Assembly (NCBI RefSeq): GCF_001194135.2
Contig: NC_068984.1
Coordinates: 63,656,288-63,713,022, forward strand
Direction of reading: 5' to 3'
Length of the DNA stretch: 56,735 nt
From: Octopus bimaculoides
Lineage: Eukaryota
Shown here: one piece after another, positions 26,500-38,828 of the stretch
Layout: each line of letters opens with the position of its first letter
Position numbering within the stretch: the stretch's first letter is position 1
The notes under the pieces: model-generated
Databases searched by the model: none
Seen by the model: the letters and a program-made list of their open reading frames with translations, nothing else
What the model was told of the DNA's origin: nothing
Made by a program: the position numbers and the translations under genes

Positions 26500-26950
26500 T
26501 AGTTTGTAAACCAGAAAGTCAATTCTGGCCCAATATTCCTTTTGGATGAAAAAAGAAGGCAATCCATCGATCGACGTCTCTATGTCGAGCTTTGACGGGG
26601 TTGAAATCGCCGACCTCGTCGAGTTATACGTCTTTGATTACTTCAAGAGACGTACTCACCCATATAGGTCAGCCCTTTATAGGGTCCACGGCCTGGATTT
26701 CTCAAGCCATATGAACGGCCATACCATGGATAGGTTCAGGAAGGACTTGATACAAATATTTAAGGAGTTTGGCCTGTTCATAACGGTTACCATTGACCTA
26801 AATACGGTCGATTTCTTAGACGTAAAATCAGACCTGTGTATGGGCAAATATTACCCGTACAGGAAGCCTAACGACGATACAGTATACTTCCACAAGAGCT
26901 CCCCCCTCCCCGCTGTAATTCGAAACCTGCTTCCAGGCATTAGTAAACGT
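26500..26950 (+). mobile_element. Penelope-like RT fragment (MGSxDGAE / LYRDDGL subgroup)
   Basis: WMKKEGNPSIDVSMSSFDGVEIADLVELY...LYRVHGL...FKEFGLFIT...VDFLDV...YYPYRKPN. The catalytic DD is mutated. Confidence 0.85.
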
Positions 26951-28038
26951 CGTGATGGCGTACTAATTCACCACATACATTACAGAAGAGAATGGAATGC
27001 TAAGAGAGTTCCATGTGGAACATCCAGGCATCTGTAGAACGAAGGCGCTCATGTGAAGTTTTGTATACTGCCCAAGCATGGACAAATAAGTTGAAAATCT
27101 GATAAAAGGCTGCAGAGGATGTGCGCGGGAAGCGAAACTACTAGCTACCAAAATGTGAGTTTTAGCTGGAAGTGAAAATATCATAATCCCGATTGCATAT
27201 TCAATTTGTACGCCCGGTAAATGGATATTATTAATTAATAGTAGTGGATAACTACACAAAATGACCCGAGAGCGCGAATTGTAAACGACCAAACTCATAT
27301 ATGATACTAATATTCTTACACAAGCTGTTCGCAAGATTTGGTGTACCAGATATAATTTTCTTTGATAACGGAACACAGTTTGTATCCTGTGAACATAATA
27401 CAGAACATAGAATGGAAGGGCCCAACACTTCGTGGACAATTTTGAGAGACTTTTAAAGAAAGCTAATAAAGAAGCCACGGACTAGATCACGTTTCAAACA
27501 GATCTTAATGGTATGCAGGGTAATTCCGAACTCAAATGCACTAGAAGAAAATTTGCCAGAAGAATTAATGTTTGCCAGAAAGGTGGAGTCAGTGTTGGAT
27601 AAACTATTAACGCTGAAGAAAAAATACGTGCTAGTAAAGACATGCCAAAACTCTTTAAAATAGACGATAAGTTATATATAAGAATGTACAAAAATTACAA
27701 GCAATACTGGGAAGAAGGAGAAATTGTAACATACATAGGAAGAATGATGCAAGGTGTAAGAAGCAGAAATGGAATGGAAAAGAGACATAGAAATCAGCCT
27801 AAGGAAAGAGTCATTGAAACCAAACCAACAAGAGTAGAAATACCGAAGGATTGGCTATATGACACATTCAGGTTTCAACACCGTTACATGAAGTCGAAAC
27901 TACACATACAAGGAAAAGGAAGAACACTGAATTCCTAACAGTAGACCCGAAGAAGGAAATATATTGAGTATATAGAAAAAGAAGAGGTGTGGTGAATAAA
28001 AGAAATTGATTGTTAAATACAATAATTAAAAGGGGAGA
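26950..28038 (+). mobile_element. Ty3/Gypsy integrase pseudogene with polypurine tract
   Basis: HHCC region FHVEHPGICRTKALM*SFVYCPSMDK*VENLIKGCRGC. Core RLHIQFVRPVNGYY*LIVVDNYTK*PE and LFARFGVPDIIFFDNGTQF. PPT aaaaggggaga at 28028-28038. Confidence 0.88.
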
Positions 28039-28337
28039 TGTTGTATAGTGAATCTGTATACACCCCCCACCCACCCACGGTAAACGTGTTAGGAACCAGC
28101 AATTATAAATAGACCAGTAGCCGGTCGTCAAAATAGGGTCGAGAGTCGAAGATGTGACTTCTAGACGGTATCTGTGGAGCTATCAACAAGACAGGAGTTA
28201 GTGTATTACTATTCAGGTAAGAAGAGATACAACGTTATACAATGACTAGTAACTATTGTGGCTACTAGCGTAAAACAGAAACTACAGTACAACGACAGTC
28301 ACACATCACACCAGTAGGAATAACCCACTTTACAACA
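28039..28337 (+). mobile_element. 3' LTR of the Gypsy element (299 bp)
   Basis: Starts TGTTGTA immediately after the PPT and ends TACAACA (7-bp terminal inverted repeat, TG...CA). Confidence 0.75.
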
Positions 28338-28984
28338 ATTTGTAATACCAGCCATGTGACCATCCTCTACGAATTAAAACCTATTCAAAACATATACTAA
28401 TTTGAGCCATGGGCGCTCTATGAAAATGAGATAAGCTTCAAAAACTAGTGAGAAGCAAAACAGCTGCAACTAAAGCCAAGTCTTTCTATTTAAAATTTTT
28501 GAAAATCAGTGTAAACTGAACCCAGTTAAATCTTTAATTATAATAGTAAAAAAATATTTTAACTATTCTCATTGCATTTTCAACTCCTATTTTTCCTCTG
28601 TGTGTGTGTGTACATAATATATATATATATGTGTGTGTGTGTGTGCGTGCGTGGGTCTAGGTGTATTATGTATATGTATATAACGTACTGACAACATATA
28701 AGTGTTTATAAATCCAGAATACAGTTCCACATGTAGGTTCAGTAAGTGATAAATAGAAATAGGCTTTAGCCCCAACATTCACAATCGTATCTTGGATAGC
28801 TTTTAGCGGTACCCTCACTTTATAGTGTTCATTACAGTATCCACTATCGACAGAAAGGCAATACCCAACAAAACCAAGGCGATTGCTTCTTCAATTGGTT
28901 CTACTGAGAATTCGCTGAGTTCAATCAGCGCTTTCGGCTATACAGCGGCGTTCAACGCATGTTTATCAAATGCACCCATATGTG

Positions 28985-30118
28985 TTGAGACATCCCACTA
29001 ATAATACGGGTTTTCAATTGCAAGTACTAAAAGTCGGAGGAGAACGAGATAAACTACCTTCGATTTTAACAGATATTTGTTCAAAGCTTTTATGGAAGTG
29101 ATAAAAGAGCATATTCGGCATATGTTTTATGAGTTCAATGAAGGCAACAGCATAACGGAAAGTGCGACGAATATTAATGCAGTAATTGAGGATCGGACAA
29201 TAAGCGTAAGCCAGTATCAACGGTGGTTCCAGAAATTTTGACAGGAAACTACAGCCTAGAAGACAAGCCTTGTCTTAGAAGATCTGTAGCACTGAGCGAG
29301 AACATCCTGCAAATCTTAGTGAGCAAAATTCCATAGTAACTAGTAGAGAAGCCTGGATTTGGTCGTTCAACCATTCATCGGCACCTGTATACCGTCGGAA
29401 AAGTAAGCAAACTGGGTCACTGGGTTCCTCACAAACTCTCCGAGTCCGTTTGCCAGCAGAGAGTGAATGTATGCTCTTGTTTCCTGTCACGTCTCAAAAA
29501 TGAACATTCTTTGGCCGAACAGTGACTGGTGACGAGAATTGAGTTCTCTATAAAAATGTCAAGCGCCGAAGACATTTGGCATTTGGCGGGGAAAGGAGAA
29601 AAACCGGTGGAATATGAAAGCTTTGGTCCATTTTGAACTTTTAAACCCAAAACAGACGATATCAAAGAAGATCTACTACGAGCAGCTTGAGCAGCTTCAG
29701 TCAGCGCTGAAGAAAAATGACCATCTTTGGTTTCAAGACGAAAGATGTTCTTCCATCAGGATAATGCTCAGCCACCTACAAAAAGGATGACATTCCAAAG
29801 GCTGGAGCAGTTTGAATGGGAAACGATGCTCACCTCACCATATTCGACGGACATTGTCCCATCTGATAATCATTTATTGCGCAGTCTTCAAAATCATTTG
29901 GACGCAAAAAATATGAATTCTGTAGACGAGGTGAGAACAGCACTGGAGTATTTTTCGTCACGAACAAATGAATTTTGGAAGAGGAGCCTTGTAAACCACC
30001 AAATCGATGGAAGTTCATTGTAGAAAATGAAGGAGAACATATTTTAGATTAAAATATAAATTTCTTTCTCTTAATTTTGAAAAAATATAAAATGTATTAT
30101 TTATGGGATGATCCTGTA
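28985..30118 (+). mobile_element. Near-full-length mariner transposon, pseudogenised transposase
   Basis: Left TIR-like catcccactaataatac; right TIR gtattatttatgggatgatcctgta. Peptides FYEFNEGNS, YQRWFQKF, VTGDEN*VLYKNVKR, WNMKALVHFELL, FFHQDNAQP and PYSTDIVPSDNHLLRSLQNHL (D,D34D-type motifs). Confidence 0.93.
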
Positions 30119-30335
30119 TTACTTCAATTTCATTCATATAATTCTGTGCATAAATATATGCTTATGATTGTGAACCACTTTGCATTATTTTGTATATTTC
30201 AGACCAAACTAAATGATCGAACATATTTTTAAAGTTTTCCTCTTTTCTTGACATCCTGCACGTCTCGTATATTTTCCGTCATTCCACCATTTTCAATACA
30301 TTAATGTTACTTAGCAGTATTTGTTTTCTTATAGC

Positions 30336-30388
30336 ATTGAGTCATGAGCAAGCTTCATCATATTGCTGAAACTTGTTCATGACTCGAT
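30336..30388. other. Isolated ~22-bp stem / 9-nt loop hairpin (pre-miRNA-like geometry)
   Basis: attgagtcatgagcaagcttca-tcatattgc-tgaaacttgttcatgactcgat, with one mismatch and two G.U pairs. Confidence 0.35.
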
Positions 30389-32108
30389 ATGATTGATGGA
30401 AATATCGTGTAACATGCAGACACTTCGATTTTCTTAGAAAATATTATTTAAAATAGATATATGAAAGATTTTTTTTGCCATTGATGTGGAGTAACCTCTT
30501 TTCCTTTACTTTTAATGTTCCAAAAGCTTTTATCACTTTTCGATATGCTTGTCAATTTTGCTTTAGAATTGTGCCTACGGATTATATAATTATTTTCACC
30601 TATATCATAAACATATCGTGTGACCGATTATAAAATCGAATGGAGTATATAACTTTTTTTCCTTCGGGGATTACGTTAGATAATAATTTTCATTGTTTAC
30701 ATTTATAACATAGCCGCATGGTTTGTGAGAAAGGTTTAGTTGAGAGAATCAATTCTATTATATTACTATTACGCCCAATATCGAAATCTGAGAAATCAAT
30801 GATAAGGTCGATTCAGTGGAATATGAAATCACAAAACAGAGTGATGTAATTTTATACCATATTGATCTCTGTACTGCCTTTTGCTCATGCCAATCTTCGT
30901 AAATATGAATATTGAGGATGATAATAATTATTACTCATAAATAAGATGCAGTACTGTAATAATCATGCAGGCGATTCAAGGTGGACAATTCTAAGTAAAA
31001 GTACTTCAGAATCTTTGCAAAAATATTTTATAGCTCTGAAGCTACTCATGTTTCTAGCTAAGCAATCACTCGTGGTTTTGCAGATTTTTATAACAGTTTC
31101 AAAAGATGGTTACTGATAACGTAATTTTGAATTCAGTTTTCATGATAAGTTTACACCAAATAGTCTTTGTTTAGTTTTGTTTATTCTGATCCTTTTCTAC
31201 AGTAGCTATTCATAAAGGCTCGCAACATTCGAATGTAAATACCATGAATCATCGTTTCAAGATATCTGATGAGTTGGTTTTTACTTTTACACATTATGTA
31301 ACCTAAATAATTCCCATTCTTAGAATTGGCAGTGATTTTCTCATCTGATAGATAAAGTTTAAAACGTGTAGAAATGCAAAATGTGTTTGAACGTTGACAT
31401 CTACATTCATCATTGATGTGAAATTGTGTGGGTTCAGTAATAATTGAACAAAAGAGATTCAGATGGTAATTATAATTGTCGAGAAACATAAAACGGAATA
31501 TGAGAGACAATATTAAAATTCCTGACTGTTTGAAAGGAAATCCTTACGTTGCGGAAAATGACCCCATTATGCTATTGTTGTGTTTGCATTGTACATTTTC
31601 GTCTTAAAGACAGTATTAATGCATTTGCACTAAGTATGAAGGGAAACGCCAGCTTAACACATCCGCAACGAATCTAAACCGTTTGTATCATATGATTTTA
31701 GAAAAACGAGCTAATGAGCAATGCCTTCTTACTTACATTTGTAATATACGTCTATTCTATACTAAGCTGGATGTTATTACGTGTAACTACTGATAACTTA
31801 TTATAACTACTTCCACAAGACGAACAAGTTTCTAGTAAATACTGTGTATGGCTAGAGCTTTTAATCATTGTTGGCATGCGTCTCTGAATATTGTAGTAAT
31901 GGTTGGAGAAGAGAAAATAATACGATTGCAACGTGTATGTAGGACTATGTTAGGTAATTATACTAAATGTTCATACGGAATAAACCGTGTGACAAATTTT
32001 TATGTAACAAAGCTGCTAAATAATTGTGTTATTATTTCTAGAAGCATAAAGGAAATAATATTAAAATGCATTCAAATAGTAACAAGAATATTCATTCGAA
32101 TTAATGAA

Positions 32109-32144
<36 letters not shown>

Positions 32145-34156
32145 NNNNNNNNNNNNNNNNNNNNNNNNNNNNNNNNNNNNNNNNNNNNNNNNNNNNNNNN
32201 NNNNNNNNNNNNNNNNNNNNNNNNNNNNNNNNNNNNNNNNNNNNNNNNNNNNNNNNNNNNNNNNNNNNNNNNNNNNNNNNNNNNNNNNNNNNNNNNNNNN
32301 NNNNNNNNNNNNNNNNNNNNNNNNNNNNNNNNNNNNNNNNNNNNNNNNNNNNNNNNNNNNNNNNNNNNNNNNNNNNNNNNNNNNNNNNNNNNNNNNNNNN
32401 NNNNNNNNNNNNNNNNNNNNNNNNNNNNNNNNNNNNNNNNNNNNNNNNNNNNNNNNNNNNNNNNNNNNNNNNNNNNNNNNNNNNNNNNNNNNNNNNNNNN
32501 NNNNNNNNNNNNNNNNNNNNNNNNNNNNNNNNNNNNNNNNNNNNNNNNNNNNNNNNNNNNNNNNNNNNNNNNNNNNNNNNNNNNNNNNNNNNNNNNNNNN
32601 NNNNNNNNNNNNNNNNNNNNNNNNNNNNNNNNNNNNNNNNNNNNNNNNNNNNNNNNNNNNNNNNNNNNNNNNNNNNNNNNNNNNNNNNNNNNNNNNNNNN
32701 NNNNNNNNNNNNNNNNNNNNNNNNNNNNNNNNNNNNNNNNNNNNNNNNNNNNNNNNNNNNNNNNNNNNNNNNNNNNNNNNNNNNNNNNNNNNNNNNNNNN
32801 NNNNNNNNNNNNNNNNNNNNNNNNNNNNNNNNNNNNNNNNNNNNNNNNNNNNNNNNNNNNNNNNNNNNNNNNNNNNNNNNNNNNNNNNNNNNNNNNNNNN
32901 NNNNNNNNNNNNNNNNNNNNNNNNNNNNNNNNNNNNNNNNNNNNNNNNNNNNNNNNNNNNNTATATATATTCAAAATGTAGAATTCACCGAAATTTAGAA
33001 TTCACTTAATTGCAGCTATATTTCTACGAACCAGTAAATAACAGCGTATATCAATTAGCATGTGTGTGTGTGTGTGTGTGTACATATACATATCTCTGTG
33101 TGTATATATATGTGTTCGCGCGTGCTTCCATACATTGAGAAGAAAAGTAATATAAATGTTACAGATATTTTCCAGAAGATTGACAAAGATGAATCAATAG
33201 TTTTGCACAAGATACGATTGCAAATTACAATAGGAAATAGAAAAGTAATATAGCTTGCTGAATGATAGATTAATTTATTGATTACCAGACTCACATGCCT
33301 AAGGGTTCGCTCAACTGTAAAATTTCATATATGATATTGTTTTATAATTTTGTTTATATGAAACTGAAAAAAATACATGATCTACAACGCAGTCATTGTG
33401 TTCCTGCTAAGCTTTTCAAATTTAATATCAAAGTTTAAGAAGAGATCAGGACAAGATTTAATAGGAAAATTAGATGAAACTACAAATGGAAGAAGCAAAA
33501 AAAAATTATTTGCTTTATATACAAGTTTAACACAATTTCCAATGTTAAAAATGAATAAGAATTTTTTCAGCGCTATCTTCTAATCGCCTCTATGTTCACA
33601 TAAAGCATGTGAAAATATCGATTTATTTGGTTAAAAATATTAATTTCGTTTGAAAGCACGTTAAAATATTGGGATGTTTGCGTGGATTTAAAGGACATGT
33701 ACACACATATGTACAATTACATGTGTGTGTTTGTGTACATACGAACATATGCAAACATTTTGATATGTTCATATGTATGTATGTGTATGTGTACGTGTCT
33801 GTGCATGTGTGTGTGTGTAGATTTATGTTCTGGCTAATCCTAAACATTTAAAATTTTTTATTGAATCTGAAAAATCGAAAAAGATTCGCCAATGGATGCA
33901 TCTTCAATATCCCATAAATTTTAAGACATCTCCATAAAATACATCACGTTTTACACGTTTTGCTAAATCAAAAATGACATAGATTGTTGTTTTTTCCTTT
34001 CGAAGAGATATGAATTGTGTGTGATTGTATAACATATTGTTCTAATGAGTATACTTTGTATTACTGTTTAGCAAGTTTATCAAAAAATATGTAACTACAA
34101 GAATTTATGCTTTTGAACATCATTAAATTACTGATGTATATTCGTTGAGGTATTTT

Positions 34157-34375
34157 AATATTAGCTTCAAATTTTGGTACAAGACCAGTAATTTAAGGGG
34201 AGGGCTAAGTCGATTAAATCGACTCTAGCGCTCGACTGGTACTTATTTTTACTACCCCAAAAAGATACAAGGTAAAACAGATCTCGGTGTCATTTGAACT
34301 CAGAGCGTAAAGACGGACGAGAGGTGGCTAAGGATTCTGCCCGGCGTGCTAACGATTCTGCCAGCAGCACGTCTT
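34157..34375 (-). mobile_element. tRNA-derived SINE (family 1)
   Basis: Reverse complement of the 15918/45846 family (atttgaactcagagc, gctaacgattctgccagc). Confidence 0.8.
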
Positions 34376-34386
34376 TGACGTTTCTT

Positions 34387-34580
34387 AATATTGATTTCAA
34401 AGTTTGACACAACGTCAACAATTTCGAGGGAGGGGCTAAGTCGATTAAATCGACTCTAGTATTCGGCTGTTACTGATATTATTGACCTCGAAAGGATGAA
34501 AGGCAAAGTCGAACTTGGTGCCCAAGATACTACTAAGCATTTTGTATGGTGTGCTAAAAATTCTGCCAATGTTCCGCCTT
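34387..34580 (-). mobile_element. tRNA-derived SINE (family 1), internally deleted
   Basis: gacctcgaaaggatgaaaggcaaagtcga...ttctgcca. Confidence 0.75.
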
Positions 34581-34607
34581 GGATATTTTTTAATATTAAC
34601 CATGATA

Positions 34608-34812
34608 TAATGCCAGCAAGCTGCCAGAATAGTTGACAAGATGGCTAAAGTACTTATTGGCATTTCGTCTGTTCTGAATTCAAATTCCGCCGAGGTCGAC
34701 TTAGCATTTCATCCCTCAAAAAGTCGATAAAATAAGTAGCAATTCAACAGTTGAGCCGATGTAATTGACGTAACACTTCCCCCGAAATTGCTGGCCTTTG
34801 AAACTATTATTA
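34608..34812 (+). mobile_element. tRNA-derived SINE (family 1)
   Basis: agctgccagaat...ctgaattcaaattccgccgaggtcgac...tttcatcc. Confidence 0.75.
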
Positions 34813-35546
34813 ACGATAATAGTGCTGCCAAATATTGAAAATGAATAAATGTTCGATTTAGAAAGCGCATTACATATCAAATTAATAGTAGATATTTCCA
34901 TATTTGGCACAAATATTTTGCAAATAAAGGTCACGGAAAACTGACTAATATATCTACCTATCCATGAGAAAGTTATAGCACCACACTCGATTGCACAGTG
35001 CTAATAATATTTCAATGATTTTCCAGATTTGCATCTTTTAAAATAATAGAATGAGAAGCTTATTATAATTCTTAGCGCAAATTGCCATATACTTTTTCTT
35101 GTTATGTATTTTATAATTTCTGTGTTTAAAAGTTACTGTAATCCATGCAGACGTCTATATGCCTGTGTAAATTTGTCATAAATGCTAGCACACACGATAT
35201 ACAATTAAAACAATTCATTGGAAAAAAATTTTTCCGTCTAAGGTAGAATCGATCAAGATTTATTTTTCCGTACATTTTTTTTTCTTTCCATGTTTGAAAT
35301 CGCTTTGAAAAAAAACGGAAAAACGCATATTTNNNNNNNNNNNNNNNNNNNNNNNNNNNNNNNNNNNNNNNNNNNNNNNNNNNNNNNNNNNNNNNNNNNN
35401 NNNNNNNNNNNNNNNNNNNNNNNNNNNNNNNNNNNNNNNNNNNNNNNNNNNNNNNNNNNNNNNNNNNNNNNNNNNNNNNNNNNNNNNNNNNNNNNNNNNN
35501 NNNNNNNNNNNNNNNNNNNNNNNNNNNNNNNNNNNNNNNNNNNNNN

Positions 35547-35623
<77 letters not shown>

Positions 35624-36488
35624 TGCGCACACATATATATGTATCTATGTATATTTTTATATATACTGCGTCCACTTATATATTATGCCTATGCATTTTT
35701 TTACAAGTATGTAATTATTGTTTCTATTTGAGATTACAGAAATAAGTCCTCAGAAGTGTACTTAATGCGCTTACTAAACACAAATTTTCACAGTTTTTTT
35801 AATTATATAATGGTGACAGCCAATCGAACTCTTACTCAAATCGACGCATAGTTCAGACAGGAAGGATTACGGAAGAGCAGACTATATTTGAATATTGTCT
35901 TGTCATTTTGACCTGCGAAAGTAAAGGCTCGAAAGCAAAAATTTGGTTAGTTAAATCTTGAACAGCAAAACAAATCTAGAATCAAATCTGGAATGTCGTC
36001 AATTATCCATGCTTGCTGATGCTTTATACAATGAGAAGTGAAACCTTGTCAGGCTTCAAAATCGGAATTTCGAGAAGCTGCAAGAATACCCGGAGCCGCT
36101 ACCTGTCAATCAATGATGATTGAAGATTGATCAGTAATTCACGAACCGGAGAAAAGATCAGAAAAAAGCTCTATTGTGTATATCAAATAAGGTTGTACAG
36201 TGAAGTACATGAGTACAATGAATACATCTTATGCGAATTATAAAAAAAAACATAGATTATGCATGTTTGAAATAGCTACATTTGCGTACAGATCGGTGTA
36301 CTACCTGAAAGAATAATGGAAATAAAAGAAAAAACCATGGGCTGCAACCAGGAGCGAAATATACCAGGCATTCACTGGAACGATTACTGAAGTCCGGTGC
36401 TGTCGGAGAGAACGACACAGTGAGAAGGTCCGAATTTACTGTGACACCATATGATATGTAATAAAGTGCATATAAAATATATGGTAAG

Positions 36489-36548
36489 AGCCACTGATGA
36501 GAATTCAGATGCTCTGAATCAAAATTCGAAATTACCGGTGAACTGGCT
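36489..36548 (+). ncRNA. Type I hammerhead ribozyme (family C, copy 1; U16.1 mutated to A)
   Basis: AGCCA-CTGATGA-GAATT(cagatgctctgaatcaa)AATTC-GAAA-TTACCGGTGA-AC-TGGCT. Stem I 5 bp and stem II 5 bp are perfect. Confidence 0.8.
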
Positions 36549-36823
36549 AAGTTAGCTAGTTGAAATTATCTCCCTTGTCAGTCATAAAGACAGTGCATTC
36601 GTGGCTATTGCATTGTTTTTACTCTCATTTCTGGAAATGCTGCTACCACTTAGTACATTATGTCACTTTCGTGATATCTATATATTTGTCATTAGGCTGT
36701 TAAATTGCTAATAAACCACCCATATTATTTATAGTCTTCACTTTTACTTTTATTGCTTTTGAAATCAGTGTGACCTCAACGGTTTCTTTATAAGCTAACA
36801 AGTTTAACCCTATGCGCAGTAAG

Positions 36824-36882
36824 AGCCACTGATGAGAATAAGATGCTCTGCATCAAAATTCGAAATCTCCGGTGATTTGGCT
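36824..36882 (+). ncRNA. Type I hammerhead ribozyme (family C, copy 2; canonical core, AUU site)
   Basis: AGCCA-CTGATGA-GAAT...ATTC-GAAA-TCTCCGGTGA-TT-TGGCT. All conserved core nucleotides are present; stem III is quasi-palindromic. Confidence 0.82.
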
Positions 36883-37997
36883 ACGTCCGATTGACCAATT
36901 ATCTCCCTTATCAGTCATTAAGACAGTACATTTGTGGCTATTGAGTTGTTTAGACTCTTATTTCTAGCAACTTATTACCCTATGCCACATTAGTGACGTC
37001 TATAAATTTGGCATTGGGTTGTTAAATTGCTAATAAGCCACCCATATTATTGATATATATGCATACACCCACCCATACACATATACATATATACATATAT
37101 ATATATACGACGTAAGAATGGCTAAGTGTGAATTCTCCGTCTAGAAAAAGTTATTGTTAATATTTACGTCAGAGTATAACATCCTGAATAAGGGGCAGCT
37201 GTAAGATGTAAGCATTTTACAAGAAAAGCTTTAGATCGTTTCTTTGATAAGAAGGTACCCTCTGAATTTCATTTAAAAAAAATTTTCATATATATATGTC
37301 ATATTTTATTTTTCATATATTTCTTCTGTTTGGATTTTTCATTACTGTGATTATTTTTGTTTTGTTACTTTTGTTCTGTTTTGGGTTGAGATGAATTTGT
37401 TCTGGGTATATCTTTTCAATTAGTACTTGTGTAATTTATTGTACTACCCTATTTAAGACTCATATCTTACTTTACTACTACAGCTATACCAATGATACCT
37501 AATCCAATACTTTAAGATTACATGTAGACTTAATCTTAGTTTACTTCACCCGTATTCGTTTATTTATTTATAATATCTGATTAAAACTTTATTCTCTTAA
37601 CTATTTTGTACTTATATGAATTCCTGCTAATTAACTAGATAGATGTGAATATTTCAGCTTTAAAATAATTAGCGAAACCATCGCTGTCTTTCATATGTAT
37701 ATTTGCAAATACTAAACATGAGTTCCAAAATATGTTCTAGAGTATCAAATACTATACATTTTGTAACATAGAAAAATAAATTAGTGCCGATGGATAGAAA
37801 CAGGCTGCTACACTGATCAAGTAATATCTTTTTTTTCTTTTTTTTTTCTTCGTTTTCTTTGGAAGTTGATTTCATTTAGTTCTGACAAAAATATCATTAT
37901 GGATGTGGCTCCCTACATTCTCAGACGATCGAACGATTCATTCATAAATTTGATGCGTGAACGCACCTAAATGCATATATGTAACAGCTGTAAGCAT

Positions 37998-38035
<38 letters not shown>

Positions 38036-38499
38036 NNNNNNNNNNNNNNNNNNNNNNNNNNNNNNNNNNNNNNNNNNNNNNNNNNNNNNNNNNNNNNNNN
38101 NNNNNNNNNNNNNNNNNNNNNNNNNNNNNNNNNNNNNNNNNNNNNNNNNNNNNNNNNNNNNNNNNNNNNNNNNNNNNNNNNNNNNNNNNNNNNNNNNNNN
38201 NNNNNNNNNNNNNNNNNNNNNNNNNNNNNNNNNNNNNNNNNNNNNNNNNNNNNNNNNNNNNNNNNNNNNNNNNNNNNNNNNNNNNNNNNNNNNNNNNNNN
38301 NNNNNNNNNNNNNNNNNATATAAGAATGAGTAAATATTCAAAATAAATACTCGTAAAGATGCTATTTTTATTATTAGTAATATTATTGTCTGGGGAAAAT
38401 CTAAATAATTGATAATAAAAATAACAATGTCATTAGTGACAGCAAGCGATGTTAGCATTAAACAGCTATATAATAAATTCTTAATTATATTAGAGGTTA

Positions 38500-38714
38500 T
38501 ACGAAGCACCAGCTTGCTAAAGAGTGGACGTAAAAACTTCAGCTTAACCACTGTTCTTACTGAAAATATGTAAGGGACCAACAGAAATCAAGCAAACGAA
38601 CAGCTATACAATAATTGTCTGCTAATTTCTATTGGTCCCTTATATATTTTCAGTGAGATTAGTGGGTAAGTTGGAGGTTTTTACCTCCACTCTTTAGCAA
38701 GCTGGTGCTTCGTC
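38500..38714. mobile_element. 215-bp fold-back MITE, TA-flanked (Tc1/mariner-type)
   Basis: 28-bp perfect terminal IR acgaagcaccagcttgctaaagagtgga. The arms continue ~95 bp (ctgaaaatat.taagggaccaa.agaaat) around a ~25-bp spacer. TA at 38498-38499 and 38715-38716. Confidence 0.88.
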
Positions 38715-38828
38715 TACCCGCATACGATCTGGGAATCCGGCCGACTCCGTGAGTAAATTAAAAACATTCCGGGTCGAATCCGGACCCGCAATGCTGTAAT
38801 ATTGAATTCCAAAGTTTTTATTGCTGCG

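Larger units (their letters stand above)
36484..37051 (+). mobile_element. Tandem ~335-bp HHR-delimited repeat (1.7 units), retrozyme-like
   Basis: 36484-36729 aligns to 36819-37051 at roughly 75-80% identity. Each unit starts with a type I hammerhead. Confidence 0.8.

Noticed and set aside
26546-27037. 163-aa ORF as a host gene
   Set aside because: It is a chimeric read-through of a PLE RT fragment into out-of-frame Gypsy sequence.
35760-36480. GIY-YIG-like remnants (CVYQIR, KYMST) upstream of the tandem HHR repeat
   Set aside because: Too degenerate to call by eye; noted only as the alternative pLTR explanation.
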